Shown here: one piece after another, positions 48,501 to 58,540 of the stretch | Layout: every line of letters starts with the position of its first letter | Position numbering within the stretch: position 1 is the stretch's first letter | Made by a program: the position numbers and the translations under genes | Source of the DNA: Pseudomonadota bacterium | Lineage (GTDB): Bacteria; Pseudomonadota; Alphaproteobacteria; Rhodobacterales; Rhodobacteraceae | Reading direction: 5' to 3' | Assembly (NCBI GenBank): GCA_039180875.1 | Contig: JBCDCY010000001.1 | Coordinates: 348,045-412,044 of the forward strand | Length of the DNA: 64,000 nt | Notes under the pieces: generated by a model | What the model was told of the DNA's origin: nothing | The model's database searches: none | Seen by the model: only the letters and a program-made list of their open reading frames with translations

Positions 48501-50467
48501 CCCCGGGTGCCGCCATCGGTGCGCAGCAGCGCCTGGTTTTCGTAGAGGCGATAGGCCTTGGCCGAGGGCCCGCCGCTCGCGTCGTCGTAGACACCGGGCT
48601 GGACCTTCTTGAAGCTCCAGAAGCCGAGCGCACCGGGCATGCTCTCGACATCCTCCTGGGGCCCGATCTTGTTGTTGTAGCCGTTGCCGGCCCGGGTCTC
48701 TCCCGCCACCTCGCGAAAGCCCAGGGGCTCAAAATGGTCGCGGGTCAGCTCCGGCCCGCGCGGGGTCGGGTTCTCGAACGTCACCTGGTCGAGATAGGGG
48801 TTGTCGATGTGGTTCTCGGGATCGCCGGTGATCTCGCCGATATAGCCGTTGAGCCCGCGGGTGTCGTAGCCGTAGACCAGCTCCCCGTTCACCTCGGTGA
48901 CCTTGGTCTCGCCGATCGGCACCAGGGCCTCCGCCACTTCGGCGTAGGTCTGGACGATGCCGTAGGTGACGCCGGCGTCGAGGATGATGTCGTCCTCGTA
49001 GACCAGGTCGCCGTGCACGATGATCTGACCGATCAGGTCCTGGTCGTGGGCGCCGCCGCCACGTGCTGCGGCATTCATGCAGCCGCAGACCGGCGCCCCG
49101 GTGCGCACGCACGGGCCGCCCTGGTCGGAATCGACCGTGATGATGGTCTCGAGATAGCCGTCCCCGTCGATATCGCGGTAGCTGATATCGCAGATATTGG
49201 CGGTGTGGCCGATGATGGCGATCTGGTCTTCGTCGCGGTTGTAGTCGGCGATCACGTCGATGCCGAAGCTGTCGACCCAGTGGTCGTGCAGCTCATCGTT
49301 CTCGCCCGCCACGCCGGCCCAGTTGATGGTGCCGTCGGCCCGCACGTGCTTCTGGATGATGTCGAGCTTGGCATTGATCTGGGGTGAGATCAGGAAGGTG
49401 TCGCGCCCCGCACCGCCGACCATGATGTCGTCGCCGATCAGCGGCTGGTTCTCGTAGCCCTTGAGCTTCTGGCGCTCCCAGTTCACCTCGTCGTCGGGAT
49501 CGCCGCGGGTCTGGGCGCCGATGGCCACCTGGCCGATGCGCTGCTCACCGGCATCGGAGCGGGAGATCAGCAGATCGTTGCCGTCGCCGCCGATCAACAG
49601 GTCGGACCCGCGGCCGCCGTCGAGCACGTCGTCGCCCGCGCCGCCCATCAGCTTGTCGTCGCCGTAGCCGCCCTTGATCTCGTCCTCGCCACCGGCCCCG
49701 CCGATGGTGTCGTCACCGCCCTGGCCGTCGATCACGTCGCGCTTCTGCCGGCCCATCTGGAAGCCGGGATCGTCGATCACCTCTTCGCCGAGGAAGAAGG
49801 ACGGGTGGTAGTCCGCGACCGGCACCGTCTCGACACCGGCCGGCGGGTTCATGAAGTCGTCGACGCTGCGGTAGAAGGCGCTCTGGTCGATCGGCATGCC
49901 GTCGAGCTCGACCATCAGCTCCATTTGACCGTAGGCGTCGAAGTAGAGCAGCTCGACCTCGTAGAGCCCGCCCTCGAACTCCGCCACCCGCGCCGTCTCA
50001 TCCGCCGCCCGGAGGTTCTGGAAGGAGGAGAAATCAAGCCCGCCGATCTTCAGATCGAAGCCGTCGTCCGACGTCACCTTGATCTCGTGCACACCCTCGG
50101 GGACGAAGATGAAGCCCTTCATCACCAGGCCCGACGGCCCCATCTCGAACGCATCGCCGTTGCCGCTGAGCGAGCCCGCGTCGTGGTCGAGGAACTCCGC
50201 CACCGTGGTGTCGCTGTCGCGGGCACCGTAGGCGAGCTCCGTCGCGGTGAAGCGCAGGTCGGGGGTGGCCTCGTCGATCAGCTCCCGCAGGTCGTCGATC
50301 GAGCGGATGTTGCTGCCCGGGGCATAGACCTGGCCGGCCAGGCCGGTGCCGCGCACGGGCACACCTGAAATCGCGTCCAACGCCACGCGGGGCGCAAGGC
50401 CCGGGACCGAGTCCACGTCTGAGGCGTCAAAGTAGCGAGGATAAACAGTCACAGCATCCCTCCTCAT
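45590..50467 (-). CDS. giant secreted RTX-family protein: N-terminal PA14-like domain, two tandem units of about 650 aa (RTX nonapeptides + conserved module + ConA/LamG-like lectin domain), C-terminal RTX block and T1SS-type C-terminus
   Basis: Many GGxGxDxUx nonapeptides (GGAGDDVLDGGRGSDLLIGGDGNDLL...); PA14-like GLVMKGFIFVPEGVHEIKVTSDDGFDL; LamG-like WSHLAVNFTEDGITVFKDGRA and TYDVALSFDRGQINLFVNGE; acidic C-terminus ending DIDFI. Confidence 0.85.
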   Translation of the reverse strand: MRRDAVTVYPRYFDASDVDSVPGLAPRVALDAISGVPVRGTGLAGQVYAPGSNIRSIDDLRELIDEATPDLRFTATELAYGARDSDTTVAEFLDHDAGSLSGNGDAFEMGPSGLVMKGFIFVPEGVHEIKVTSDDGFDLKIGGLDFSSFQNLRAADETARVAEFEGGLYEVELLYFDAYGQMELMVELDGMPIDQSAFYRSVDDFMNPPAGVETVPVADYHPSFFLGEEVIDDPGFQMGRQKRDVIDGQGGDDTIGGAGGEDEIKGGYGDDKLMGGAGDDVLDGGRGSDLLIGGDGNDLLISRSDAGEQRIGQVAIGAQTRGDPDDEVNWERQKLKGYENQPLIGDDIMVGGAGRDTFLISPQINAKLDIIQKHVRADGTINWAGVAGENDELHDHWVDSFGIDVIADYNRDEDQIAIIGHTANICDISYRDIDGDGYLETIITVDSDQGGPCVRTGAPVCGCMNAAARGGGAHDQDLIGQIIVHGDLVYEDDIILDAGVTYGIVQTYAEVAEALVPIGETKVTEVNGELVYGYDTRGLNGYIGEITGDPENHIDNPYLDQVTFENPTPRGPELTRDHFEPLGFREVAGETRAGNGYNNKIGPQEDVESMPGALGFWSFKKVQPGVYDDASGGPSAKAYRLYENQALLRTDGGTRGPDGGWGEALHFNGEDEFAFIETSTKYQITQGTIALWVRPEDLSDESIFVSRDQSGTDDGGHFHLGHTDDGGLILRMAPGDGGSNTTWETGPNVLREGQWSHLAVNFTEDGITVFKDGRAISDRSWTAVEGGVGTPGQQTEAYMLRNSEPWVLGADTSRTQVNGSAATFAADDDKLSNAYEGAIADFGIWGGFTLDDVLTYRQINRLVDEGPGGSLQKASGPQKLEAGNDFFRGGGGNDTISGEAGDDRLKGDGGNDFIEGGYGNDKLMGDAGNDTLDGGRGGDWLIGGAGDDLLISRSDAGEQRIGQLVIDDPSRTYPDPSVDDEYLKLVDWIDQPLAADDVLVGGEGRDHFYFEALINAKLDILVKHTMPDRMIHWHGVAGENRRLHDHWVDALGIEVIADFEADKDKISVVGHTAQVEVSYQAIDTDKDGVNDSAVSIIRAYSQQGNGGAHDEDLIGFIVVHGDLVREEDIITDPGVHFGIVNTIDEIQEAVAPSGERAPLETPDGEELYGYDTRDVEGDPVGSDPQAYSSNKFLEWGKINFADGGSAPAQKPGVVLQHGGGTFADGSYGVIRHTQGQAQAEGTWAFSFTANSPGEGYQALISKDHSGYKDGGHLTIYIDAWGNLRARLQSENHSVELKHSGDKIEAGETYDVALSFDRGQINLFVNGELSDSEAGFASGMRGNSEKAVIGASTRQRWEDDDRLDWFFDGTIEDILVLDRSIEPVEAILLADGGSAWLGLEPAIGTDWPELTGSAVIGSNRNDVLGGTEASEKIEARSGADRVGAGDGNDVVLGGDGRDVLKGGAGNDFIRGDWHDDTLVGGTGDDTLDGGQHDDLMEGSYGNDQLIGGQGADTLKGGDGMDVLDGGWGADAYTFDIHGYPDTDTVENFTSGVDKIVLDSSVFDVSGSVGAAFVEGTRARDADDRLIYDSATGKLFYDANGTGVGGPSLIARFGAGTEVNAGDIDFI

Positions 50468-51009
50468 CGAGCTGACGCTTACTGCGACAACTCCTGTCCC
50501 GTTCGTTCGTCCAGAGGGGATGCGCGCCCATTATCGACGGCACCGTCCCCCCCGAGCAGCGACCATCGTCAGGCAATTCACATTGTGTTCAACTTGATGC
50601 CCGATTGGGGCGACTTGATGGCATTAGTGTTAACAGCCGGGCCCTCACCGCGCAAAGCCAAGCCGGCAGAAACCCGCCGGAACGCACCTCTCCGCGCGGC
50701 GAAGAATGCCGCCGTGGCAGGGGGTTAGGGCGCAAACGCCTGACAGCATGCCATTTGCGCCGCAGCCCGGCATCGGCGAAACTTCGCCAAGGGTGCAGCG
50801 CCCCACACGGTTGTGCTTCGACAATCGCCGGTTGCGATCGGACGGCTGTTCGGCGGCCGAGTCGCTGGGTCGGAGACACGCCGACTCACACGCAAAAGAC
50901 CGCGCCGCCATCGCACCCGCCCCGCGCGTCACTCACCTTGCCTCAATCTGAACGATCGTTCACTTTGCCGGCAAGGAATCGGGCCCACTGAGAGATGGGG
51001 AGATCGGTC

Positions 51010-52173
51010 ATGTTCATGGCGTCGATGAACTTTGCCCTTGGCGACGATGTCGAGGCGCTGCGGGACGTGGTGCACCGCTGGTCGCAGGAGCGGGTGGCGC
51101 CGATGGCGGCAGAGATCGACGCCTCCAACACCTTCCCCATGGCACTCTGGCCCGAGATGGGGGAGCTCGGCCTGCTCGGCATCACGGTGGAGGAAGACTA
51201 CGGCGGCAGCGGCCTCGGCTACCTCGCCCATACCGTCGCGGTGGAGGAGATGGCGCGGGCCTCGGCCTCCGTCTCGCTCTCCTACGGCGCGCATTCCAAT
51301 CTCTGCGTCAACCAGATCCGCCTGAACGGGACGGAGGAGCAGAAGCAGAAATACCTGCCCAAGCTGATCTCCGGCGAGCATGTCGGCGCGCTGGCGATGT
51401 CGGAGGCCGGCGCCGGCTCCGACGTGGTCGGCATGAAGCTCAAGGCGGAGAAGCGCAACGACCGCTATGTGCTGAACGGCACCAAGTACTGGATCACCAA
51501 CGGACCGGACGCCGACACCCTCGTCGTCTATGCCAAGACCGATCCGGGGGGCGGGCCGCGGGGCATAACCGCCTTCCTGATCGAGAAGTCGATGACGGGT
51601 TTCTCCACCTCGCCGCATTTCGACAAGCTCGGCATGCGCGGCTCCAACACCGGCGAGCTGATCTTCGAGGATTGCGAAGTGCCGTTCGAGAACGTGCTGG
51701 GGGAGGAGGGCAAGGGCGTCAACGTGCTCATGTCGGGCCTCGACTATGAGCGTGTGGTGCTCTCCGGCATCGGCGTAGGCATCATGCACGCCTGCCTCGA
51801 CCATGTGATGCCTTACATGCACGAGCGAAAGCAGTTCGGCGAGCCGATCGGTAATTTCCAACTGATGCAGGGCAAGATCGCCGACATGTACACGGCGATG
51901 AACTCGGCCCGGGCCTATGTCTACGCCGTGGCGGCAAGCTGCGACCGGGGCGAGGTGACCCGCCAGGACGCAGCCGCCTGCGTGCTCTACGCCTCCGAGG
52001 CGGCGATGCAGCAGGCGGTGCAGGCGGTCCAGGCCATGGGCGGCGCCGGCTTCCTCAACGACAGCCCGGTCGCGCGCATCTTCCGCGACGCCAAGCTGAT
52101 GGAGATCGGCGCCGGCACCTCAGAGATCCGCCGCATGCTCTGCGGCCGGGAGCTGATGCGGGTGACCGGCTGA
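51010..52173 (+). CDS. liuA: isovaleryl-CoA dehydrogenase
   Basis: Acyl-CoA dehydrogenase fold with IVD-like blocks ([24 protein letters not shown], catalytic Glu region); start could be 50995, 51010 or 51016. Confidence 0.9.
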   Translation: MFMASMNFALGDDVEALRDVVHRWSQERVAPMAAEIDASNTFPMALWPEMGELGLLGITVEEDYGGSGLGYLAHTVAVEEMARASASVSLSYGAHSNLCVNQIRLNGTEEQKQKYLPKLISGEHVGALAMSEAGAGSDVVGMKLKAEKRNDRYVLNGTKYWITNGPDADTLVVYAKTDPGGGPRGITAFLIEKSMTGFSTSPHFDKLGMRGSNTGELIFEDCEVPFENVLGEEGKGVNVLMSGLDYERVVLSGIGVGIMHACLDHVMPYMHERKQFGEPIGNFQLMQGKIADMYTAMNSARAYVYAVAASCDRGEVTRQDAAACVLYASEAAMQQAVQAVQAMGGAGFLNDSPVARIFRDAKLMEIGAGTSEIRRMLCGRELMRVTG

Positions 52174-52535
52174 TGGGGGACAGGTCGCATCTGCTGAACG
52201 CGCGTTTGGCGAAGCGAAAGCGCATGGGGCCGCGGGAGAAGAAGCGCGCGAGCCTCAGCCGCGACGGCCGGAACGATTATGGGCAGAGCGACAAGGCCGC
52301 GCGGAAGGCGATCCCGCGCAACAAGGCGAAGGCCAACCGCCGCATTCGGCGCGCGGCAGACAGCGCCGCCGTTGTTGGAGAGACGCCGCCGCCGCGGCTC
52401 GCAAAATCCCGCTGGCAGAAGGCGCCCGACCGGCGCCTCGGCGCGTACATCGCGACGCAGGTGAGGGCGCGCGAGAACCGCGTCGGCGGCAAGGCGCGCC
52501 GCCACAGCGCCGCGACATCCGGGGGCATGTCGTGA
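52173..52535 (+). CDS. possible small highly basic protein filling the liuA-liuB gap (ATGA and GTGA overlaps)
   Basis: 120 codons, strong GC3 bias, Arg/Lys-rich; start overlaps liuA stop and stop overlaps liuB start; no known domain. Confidence 0.3.
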   Translation: MGDRSHLLNARLAKRKRMGPREKKRASLSRDGRNDYGQSDKAARKAIPRNKAKANRRIRRAADSAAVVGETPPPRLAKSRWQKAPDRRLGAYIATQVRARENRVGGKARRHSAATSGGMS

Positions 52536-54139
52536 GTGCCATCGTCTCCCAAGCCATCCCGTCCTCCGACGGCTTTCGCGCCAACCTCGCGGCCCACGCC
52601 AAGGCGCTCACTGAGATCCGGCTGGCGGCGGACGCAGCTGCGGCCGGCGGGGGGGAGCGGGCGCGGCAGCGGCATCTCTCCCGTGGCAAGATGCTGCCGC
52701 GGGACCGGGTGGCGGGCCTCCTCGACCCCGGCGCGCCGTTCCTGGAGATCGGTGCCACTGCGGCCCACGCCATGTATGACGGCGACGCCCCCGCGGCCGG
52801 CGTGATCGCCGGCATCGGGCGGGTGCATGGGCGCGAGGTCATGGTCGTCTCGAACGACGCCACCGTGAAGGGCGGCACCTACTACCCGATGACGGTGAAG
52901 AAGCATCTCCGTGCGCAGGAGATCGCGGCGGAGAACCATCTGCCCTGCATCTACCTGGTCGACAGCGGGGGCGCCAACCTGCCGAACCAGGACGAGGTCT
53001 TTCCCGACCGCGATCATTTCGGGCGGATCTTCTACAACCAGGCCAATATGTCGGCCCGCGGCATCGCCCAGATCGCGGTCGTCATGGGGAGCTGCACCGC
53101 CGGCGGCGCCTACGTGCCCGCCATGTCCGACGTCGCGATCATCGTGAAGGAGCAGGGGACGATCTTCCTCGCCGGCCCGCCGCTCGTGAAGGCTGCGACC
53201 GGAGAGGTCGTGTCGGCCGAGGAGCTTGGCGGCGGCGACGTGCACACCCGTCTCTCCGGCGTCGCCGACTATCTGGCGGAGGACGATGCGCACGCGCTCG
53301 CCCTCGCCCGCCAGGCCATCGCCGGGCTAAACCGGCCGGCGGGCGCCAAGATCGAGCGCCAGGCGCCGGAGGACCCGGCCTATGACCCTGCGGAGATCCC
53401 GGGGATCGTGCCGGCGGACCTGCGGACCCCCTATGACATCCGCGAGGTGATCGCCCGGATCGTCGACGGCTCCCGCTTCGATGCGTTCAAGGCGCGGTTC
53501 GGGGAGACGCTGGTCTGCGGCTTCGCCCATCTCCACGGCATCCCGGTGGGCATCATCGCCAACAACGGCGTGCTCTTCGCCGACAGCGCGCAGAAGGGCG
53601 CCCATTTCGTCGAGCTTTGCTCGCAGCGGCGCGTGCCGCTCATCTTCCTGCAGAACATCACCGGCTTCATGGTCGGCCGGAAGGCGGAGAACGAGGGGAT
53701 CGCCCGCCACGGTGCGAAGCTGGTGACAGCGGTGGCGACGACGGCGGTGCCGAAGGTGACGGTGCTGGTCGGCGGCAGCTTCGGGGCGGGGAACTACGGC
53801 ATGGCCGGGCGGGCCTACCAGCCGCGGTTCCTTTGGACCTGGCCGAACTCGCGCATCTCCGTCATGGGCGGCGAGCAGGCCGCCGGCGTCCTCGCCACCG
53901 TTCGCCGCGAGGGGATCGAACGCCAGGGTGAGAGCTGGTCGGCGGAGGACGAGGCCGCCTTCAAGCAGCCCATCCTCGACATGTTCGCCGAGCAGGCCCA
54001 CCCGCTCTACGCCTCCGCCCGCCTCTGGGACGACGGCATCATCGACCCGGCCCGCACCCGCGACGTGCTGGCCCTCTCCCTGATGGCCACGCTGAACGCC
54101 CCGATCGAGGAGACACGCTTCGGCGTGTTTCGGATGTGA
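52532..54139 (+). CDS. liuB: methylcrotonoyl-CoA carboxylase beta subunit (carboxyltransferase)
   Basis: 535 aa carboxyltransferase with the two crotonase-like CT subdomains; GTG start. Confidence 0.95.
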   Translation: MSAIVSQAIPSSDGFRANLAAHAKALTEIRLAADAAAAGGGERARQRHLSRGKMLPRDRVAGLLDPGAPFLEIGATAAHAMYDGDAPAAGVIAGIGRVHGREVMVVSNDATVKGGTYYPMTVKKHLRAQEIAAENHLPCIYLVDSGGANLPNQDEVFPDRDHFGRIFYNQANMSARGIAQIAVVMGSCTAGGAYVPAMSDVAIIVKEQGTIFLAGPPLVKAATGEVVSAEELGGGDVHTRLSGVADYLAEDDAHALALARQAIAGLNRPAGAKIERQAPEDPAYDPAEIPGIVPADLRTPYDIREVIARIVDGSRFDAFKARFGETLVCGFAHLHGIPVGIIANNGVLFADSAQKGAHFVELCSQRRVPLIFLQNITGFMVGRKAENEGIARHGAKLVTAVATTAVPKVTVLVGGSFGAGNYGMAGRAYQPRFLWTWPNSRISVMGGEQAAGVLATVRREGIERQGESWSAEDEAAFKQPILDMFAEQAHPLYASARLWDDGIIDPARTRDVLALSLMATLNAPIEETRFGVFRM

Positions 54140-54144
54140 GATCC

Positions 54145-54528
54145 ATGGACCGCACCAACATCAACGCCACCGATGCCCCGCAACCAGTGGGCGGGTATTG
54201 CCAAGCAATAAAGCTCACCGACGCAAAAGAACTCCTGCTCATCAGTGGCCAGATCCCGGTGCGGCCCGACGGGACGCTGCCGGAGACCTTCGCCGAGCAG
54301 GCTGCGCAGACCTGGGCCAATTTGGACGCGCAGCTGCGCGCCGCCGGGACGTCCCGGGAAGACTTGGTCAAAGTCACGATCTTTCTCGGCAGCCGGGAGC
54401 ATATCCCTGAATATCGCGCCGCGCGGCAGGCCTATCTCGGAGACCATACCGTCGGGCTCACCTGCATCGTCACCGGCATATTCGACGAGGCCTGGCTGCT
54501 GGAGATCGAAGCAGTGGCCGCGCGCTGA
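54145..54528 (+). CDS. ridA: RidA/YjgF-family reactive-intermediate deaminase
   Basis: YjgF/chorismate-mutase-like fold, PVGGYCQAIKL...LLISGQIP...; embedded in the liu operon. Confidence 0.8.
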   Translation: MDRTNINATDAPQPVGGYCQAIKLTDAKELLLISGQIPVRPDGTLPETFAEQAAQTWANLDAQLRAAGTSREDLVKVTIFLGSREHIPEYRAARQAYLGDHTVGLTCIVTGIFDEAWLLEIEAVAAR

Positions 54529-56483
54529 TGTTCTCCAAGATCCTCATTGCCAACCGTGGAGAAATCGCCTGCCGCGTCATCCGCACTTGCCGGCGGCTGG
54601 GGGTCGCGACCGTGGCCGTCTACTCGGAGGCCGATGCCGGCGCGCTGCATGTGGAGATGGCGGATGAGGCCGTGCCGATCGGGCCGCCGCCGGTGGCTGA
54701 GAGCTACCTGAAAGGCGACGTGATCATCGCCGCGGCGAAGGCGACCGGGGCGGAGGCGATCCACCCCGGCTACGGCTTTCTGTCAGAGAACCCGGACTTC
54801 GTGGAGGCGGTGGAGGCGGCCGGCCTCACCTTCATCGGCCCCTCGGCCAGCGCCATCCGGGCCATGGGTCTGAAGGACGCCGCCAAGGCGCTGATGGAGA
54901 AGGCGGGCGTGCCCGTCGTCCCCGGCTATCACGGCGCCGAGCAGGACCCGACGTTCCTGGCCGGGGAGGCCGACCAGATCGGCTATCCCGTCCTCATCAA
55001 GGCCCGGGCCGGCGGCGGCGGCAAGGGCATGCGCCTCGTCGAGAAGGCGGAGGCGTTCGCCGACGCCCTCGCCTCGGCCCAGCGGGAGGCGACGGCAGCC
55101 TTCGGCGACCCCGCGGTGCTTATCGAGAAATTCGTAACGAGCCCGCGCCATATCGAGCTGCAGGTCTTCGGCGACGGCACCCGCGCCATCCACCTCTACG
55201 AACGCGACTGCTCCCTCCAGCGCCGCCATCAGAAGGTGATCGAGGAAGCCCCCGCCCCCGGCATGACCGCCGATGTGCGGGCCGCCATGGGCGCCGCGGC
55301 CGTCCGGGCGGCGGAGGCCATCGGCTATGCCGGGGCCGGCACCGTGGAGTTCATCGTCGACGGCTCCGGCGCCCTCCGCCCCGACGGCTTCTGGTTCATG
55401 GAGATGAATACCCGCCTGCAGGTCGAGCATCCGGTGACGGAGGCGATCACCGGCCTCGATCTCGTCGAATGGCAGCTCCGCGTCGCCTCGGGCGAGCCCC
55501 TCCCACTGGCGCAGGAAGACGTTCCGCTCCGCGGCCACGCCATGGAGGCGCGGCTCTATGCCGAGGACGTACCGCGCGGCTTTCTGCCTGCCACCGGCAC
55601 CCTCAGCCATCTGAGCTTTCCTGAAGATGCCCGGATCGACAGCGGCGTGCGGGCTGGTGACACGATCAGCCCGCACTATGACCCGATGATTGCCAAGGTG
55701 ATCACTCACGGCCCGACCCGGGGCGCGGCGCGGCTGGCGCTCTCCCAGGCGCTGGCCGAGACCCGGGTGGCGGGCACGGTCACGAACCTGGAGTTCCTTG
55801 GCGCCCTCACCCGCAACCCAAGCTTCGCCACCGGTGACGTCGACACGGGCCTGATCGCGCGGGATCTGGCCGCCCTGGTCCCCGAGGATCTGCCGACGGA
55901 GGCCGTGGCGCTCGCTGCCCTCGGCGTGCTCGACCTGCTCGGCGCGCCCGGGCCACTCGACGGTTTCACGCTTTGGGCCCCGCTCACCCATCGCGTCCGC
56001 CTGACCGCGGGGGAGGAGCGCCACGAGGTCGCCGTGACCCCCGAGGGGCGTGGCGCCTTCCACGTCTCCGGCGCCTTTGAGCACCGGATCACCCGGCTCG
56101 GCGGTGGGCCGGAGGCGCTGCGCCTCCGCATCGACGACCGACAGGTGACGGCCGGCGTGCTGACCGCGCCCGGTCGCGTCACCGTCTTCCTCGACGGCCG
56201 CAGCCACGTGCTCCACCCCGTCGATCCCTTCGCCGCGGCGGAGGCAGCAGCGGGTGGAGGCGACACGATCGCCGCGCCGATGCCGGGCCTGGTGAAGGCC
56301 GTTCGCGCCGCGGCGGGGGCGGAAGTGGCGGCGGGCGCGCCCCTCCTCATCCTCGAAGCGATGAAGATGGAGCACACGCTGACCGCCCCCCGCGACGCCA
56401 CCATCGCGGCGGTGCACGTAGCGGAGGGGGCGCAGGTCTCCGACGGCGACGTGCTGATCGCGCTGGAGCCGGAGGATGGCTGA
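54528..56483 (+). CDS. liuD: methylcrotonoyl-CoA carboxylase alpha subunit (biotin carboxylase + BCCP)
   Basis: ATP-grasp biotin carboxylase domain and C-terminal biotinyl-lysine motif EAMKME. Confidence 0.95.
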   Translation: MFSKILIANRGEIACRVIRTCRRLGVATVAVYSEADAGALHVEMADEAVPIGPPPVAESYLKGDVIIAAAKATGAEAIHPGYGFLSENPDFVEAVEAAGLTFIGPSASAIRAMGLKDAAKALMEKAGVPVVPGYHGAEQDPTFLAGEADQIGYPVLIKARAGGGGKGMRLVEKAEAFADALASAQREATAAFGDPAVLIEKFVTSPRHIELQVFGDGTRAIHLYERDCSLQRRHQKVIEEAPAPGMTADVRAAMGAAAVRAAEAIGYAGAGTVEFIVDGSGALRPDGFWFMEMNTRLQVEHPVTEAITGLDLVEWQLRVASGEPLPLAQEDVPLRGHAMEARLYAEDVPRGFLPATGTLSHLSFPEDARIDSGVRAGDTISPHYDPMIAKVITHGPTRGAARLALSQALAETRVAGTVTNLEFLGALTRNPSFATGDVDTGLIARDLAALVPEDLPTEAVALAALGVLDLLGAPGPLDGFTLWAPLTHRVRLTAGEERHEVAVTPEGRGAFHVSGAFEHRITRLGGGPEALRLRIDDRQVTAGVLTAPGRVTVFLDGRSHVLHPVDPFAAAEAAAGGGDTIAAPMPGLVKAVRAAAGAEVAAGAPLLILEAMKMEHTLTAPRDATIAAVHVAEGAQVSDGDVLIALEPEDG

Positions 56484-57333
56484 GCGCGTCACGCTCTTCG
56501 AGGTCGGCCCCCGCGACGGCCTGCAGAACGAGGCGCGCCAGGTGCCCACGGCGGAGAAGATCGCCCTGGTCGACCGGCTCTCCGCCGCCGGTTTCGCCAA
56601 GATCGAGGTGACGTCCTTCGTCTCGCCAAAATGGGTGCCGCAGATGGCCGACGCCGCCGCGGTGATGGCCGGCATCACCCGCGCCCCCGGCGTGACCTAC
56701 GCCGCCCTCACCCCCAACCTCCGCGGTTACGAGGCGGCAAAGGCGGCCGGCGCGGACGAAGTCGCGGTCTTCGGCGCGGCCTCCGAGGGCTTTTCCAAGG
56801 CCAACATCAACGCCACGATCGCCGAGAGCCTGGAGCGCTTCGCCCCCGTCCTCGCGGCGGCGAAGGCCGACGGCATCCCGGTCCGCGGCTACATCTCCTG
56901 CGTCGTGGAGTGCCCCTATGACGGGCCGACGCCGCCCGCGAAGGTGGCGGAGGTGGCGGCCCATATGGCGGCGGCCGGATGCTACGAGATCAGCCTCGGC
57001 GACACGATCGGCCGCGGCACGCCGGAGGCCGTCGCGGCAATGCTCGACGCTGTCCTCGGCGCTGTTCCGGCAGAGCATCTCGCCGGCCATTTCCACGACA
57101 CCTCCGGCCGGGCCCTTGAGAACATCCAGGTGGCGCTGGAGAAGGGCCTCCGCACCTTCGACGCGGCCGTCGGCGGGCTCGGTGGCTGCCCTTGCGCACC
57201 TGGCGCCGCGGGCAACGTGGCGACGGAGGCGGTGCTAGGGATGCTGGCGGCGGAAGGCTTCGAGACCGGCATCGACCTCGCCCAAGTCCGCGAAGCGGCC
57301 GCCTTCGCGAAGGACCTGAGGGAGGCGGCATGA
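56476..57333 (+). CDS. liuE: hydroxymethylglutaryl-CoA lyase
   Basis: TIM-barrel HMGL-like, MAERVTLFEVGPRDGLQNE N-terminus. Confidence 0.9.
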   Translation: MAERVTLFEVGPRDGLQNEARQVPTAEKIALVDRLSAAGFAKIEVTSFVSPKWVPQMADAAAVMAGITRAPGVTYAALTPNLRGYEAAKAAGADEVAVFGAASEGFSKANINATIAESLERFAPVLAAAKADGIPVRGYISCVVECPYDGPTPPAKVAEVAAHMAAAGCYEISLGDTIGRGTPEAVAAMLDAVLGAVPAEHLAGHFHDTSGRALENIQVALEKGLRTFDAAVGGLGGCPCAPGAAGNVATEAVLGMLAAEGFETGIDLAQVREAAAFAKDLREAA

Positions 57334-58121
57334 GCTTCGAGACCATCCGGATCGAGACCGACGCGAGGGGCGTCGCGACGCTCACGCTCGACCGCCCCGA
57401 GCGGCACAACGCCATGTCCGCCCCGATGATCGCCGAGCTGACGGAGGCGGCCGAAACCCTCGCCGCCGACCCCGCCGTCCGGGCCGTGGTCCTGACCGGC
57501 GCCGGCGAGAGTTTTTGCGCCGGCGGCGATCTCACCTGGATGCGGGCCCAGGCCGAGACCGACCGCGCGGGCCGGCTGGCCGAGGCGCGCAAGCTCGCCA
57601 TGATGCTCTACGCCCTCAATACCCTGCCGAAACCCCTGATCGGGCGGGTGAACGGCCAGGCCTATGGCGGCGGCATCGGCATGATGGCGGTCTGCGACGT
57701 GGCGGTGGGGGCCGACGGCGCACGCTTCGGCCTGACCGAAACCCGCCTCGGCCTCATCCCCGCGACGATCTCGCCCTACGTCATAGCCCGTATGGGCGAG
57801 GGCCGGGCAAGGCGCGTCTTCATGTCCGCCCGCCGCTTCGACGCGGCGGAGGCCGTGGCCCTCGGCCTCCTGGCCCGCGCCGTCCCCGAGGCCGAGCTCG
57901 ACGCAGCGACGGAGGCCGAAGTCACCCCCTACCTCGCCACCGCCCCGGGCGCCGTCGCCGCGGCCAAGGCGCTCGCCCGCAGCCTCGGCCCGGTGATCGA
58001 CAGTGCGGTGATCGAGGAGACCGCCCGCCGCCTCGCCGACACCTGGGAGGGCGACGAGGCGGCCGAGGGCATCGACGCCTTCCTCGGCAAACGAAAGCCC
58101 CGCTGGGCCGTCGACGGCTAG
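57330..58121 (+). CDS. liuC: methylglutaconyl-CoA hydratase (crotonase family)
   Basis: Enoyl-CoA hydratase motifs VVLTGAGESFCAGGDL and GGGIGMMAVCD; start overlaps liuE stop. Confidence 0.85.
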   Translation: MSFETIRIETDARGVATLTLDRPERHNAMSAPMIAELTEAAETLAADPAVRAVVLTGAGESFCAGGDLTWMRAQAETDRAGRLAEARKLAMMLYALNTLPKPLIGRVNGQAYGGGIGMMAVCDVAVGADGARFGLTETRLGLIPATISPYVIARMGEGRARRVFMSARRFDAAEAVALGLLARAVPEAELDAATEAEVTPYLATAPGAVAAAKALARSLGPVIDSAVIEETARRLADTWEGDEAAEGIDAFLGKRKPRWAVDG

Positions 58122-58305
58122 AGCCTCATGCCTCCGGCGGGGATATTTGGGCCAGCAAGAACGCCCATTTCGCATTGGTCGAAATATCCCAGGGGTGAAT
58201 TCGCGAAGCGAAGAGGGGGCTGCGCCCCCTGCCGATCCCCCCGCCGATCCCCCACGTCCTCCTCGCTTGACGGAGCCCGGCAGAGTGCTAAACCAGCGCC
58301 CGCGT

Positions 58306-58382
58306 GGCGGAGTAGCTCAGTTGGTTAGAGCAGCGGAATCATAATCCGCGTGTCGGGGGTTCAAGTCCCTCCTCCGCTACCA
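58306..58382 (+). tRNA. tRNA-Met (anticodon CAT; could alternatively be the lysidine-modified tRNA-Ile2)
   Basis: 77-nt cloverleaf: acceptor GGCGGAG/CTCCGCT, D-arm GCTCAGTTGGTTAGAGC, anticodon arm GCGGA-ATCATAA-TCCGC, T-arm GGGGG-TTCAAGT-CCCTC, encoded CCA. Confidence 0.85.
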
Positions 58383-58540
58383 GCCTTGTCACGCACAGAC
58401 CGAAGATGGGCGCTCCACCCGTCGTCTGGGGTGCCCGGCGCTGTGAGATCCGGGCGTGCTGCACCGTCACGGATCGACCGCGCCGCTGCGATCTGTGTGC
58501 CCGCGATCAGGGCCGCCAGCGACGGCCGCGCCCAGGGACG

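Noticed and set aside
58262-58300. Sigma70-like promoter (TTGACG ... CTAAAC) upstream of tRNA-Met
   Set aside because: The -10 element is a poor match; plausible but not strong enough to list as a feature
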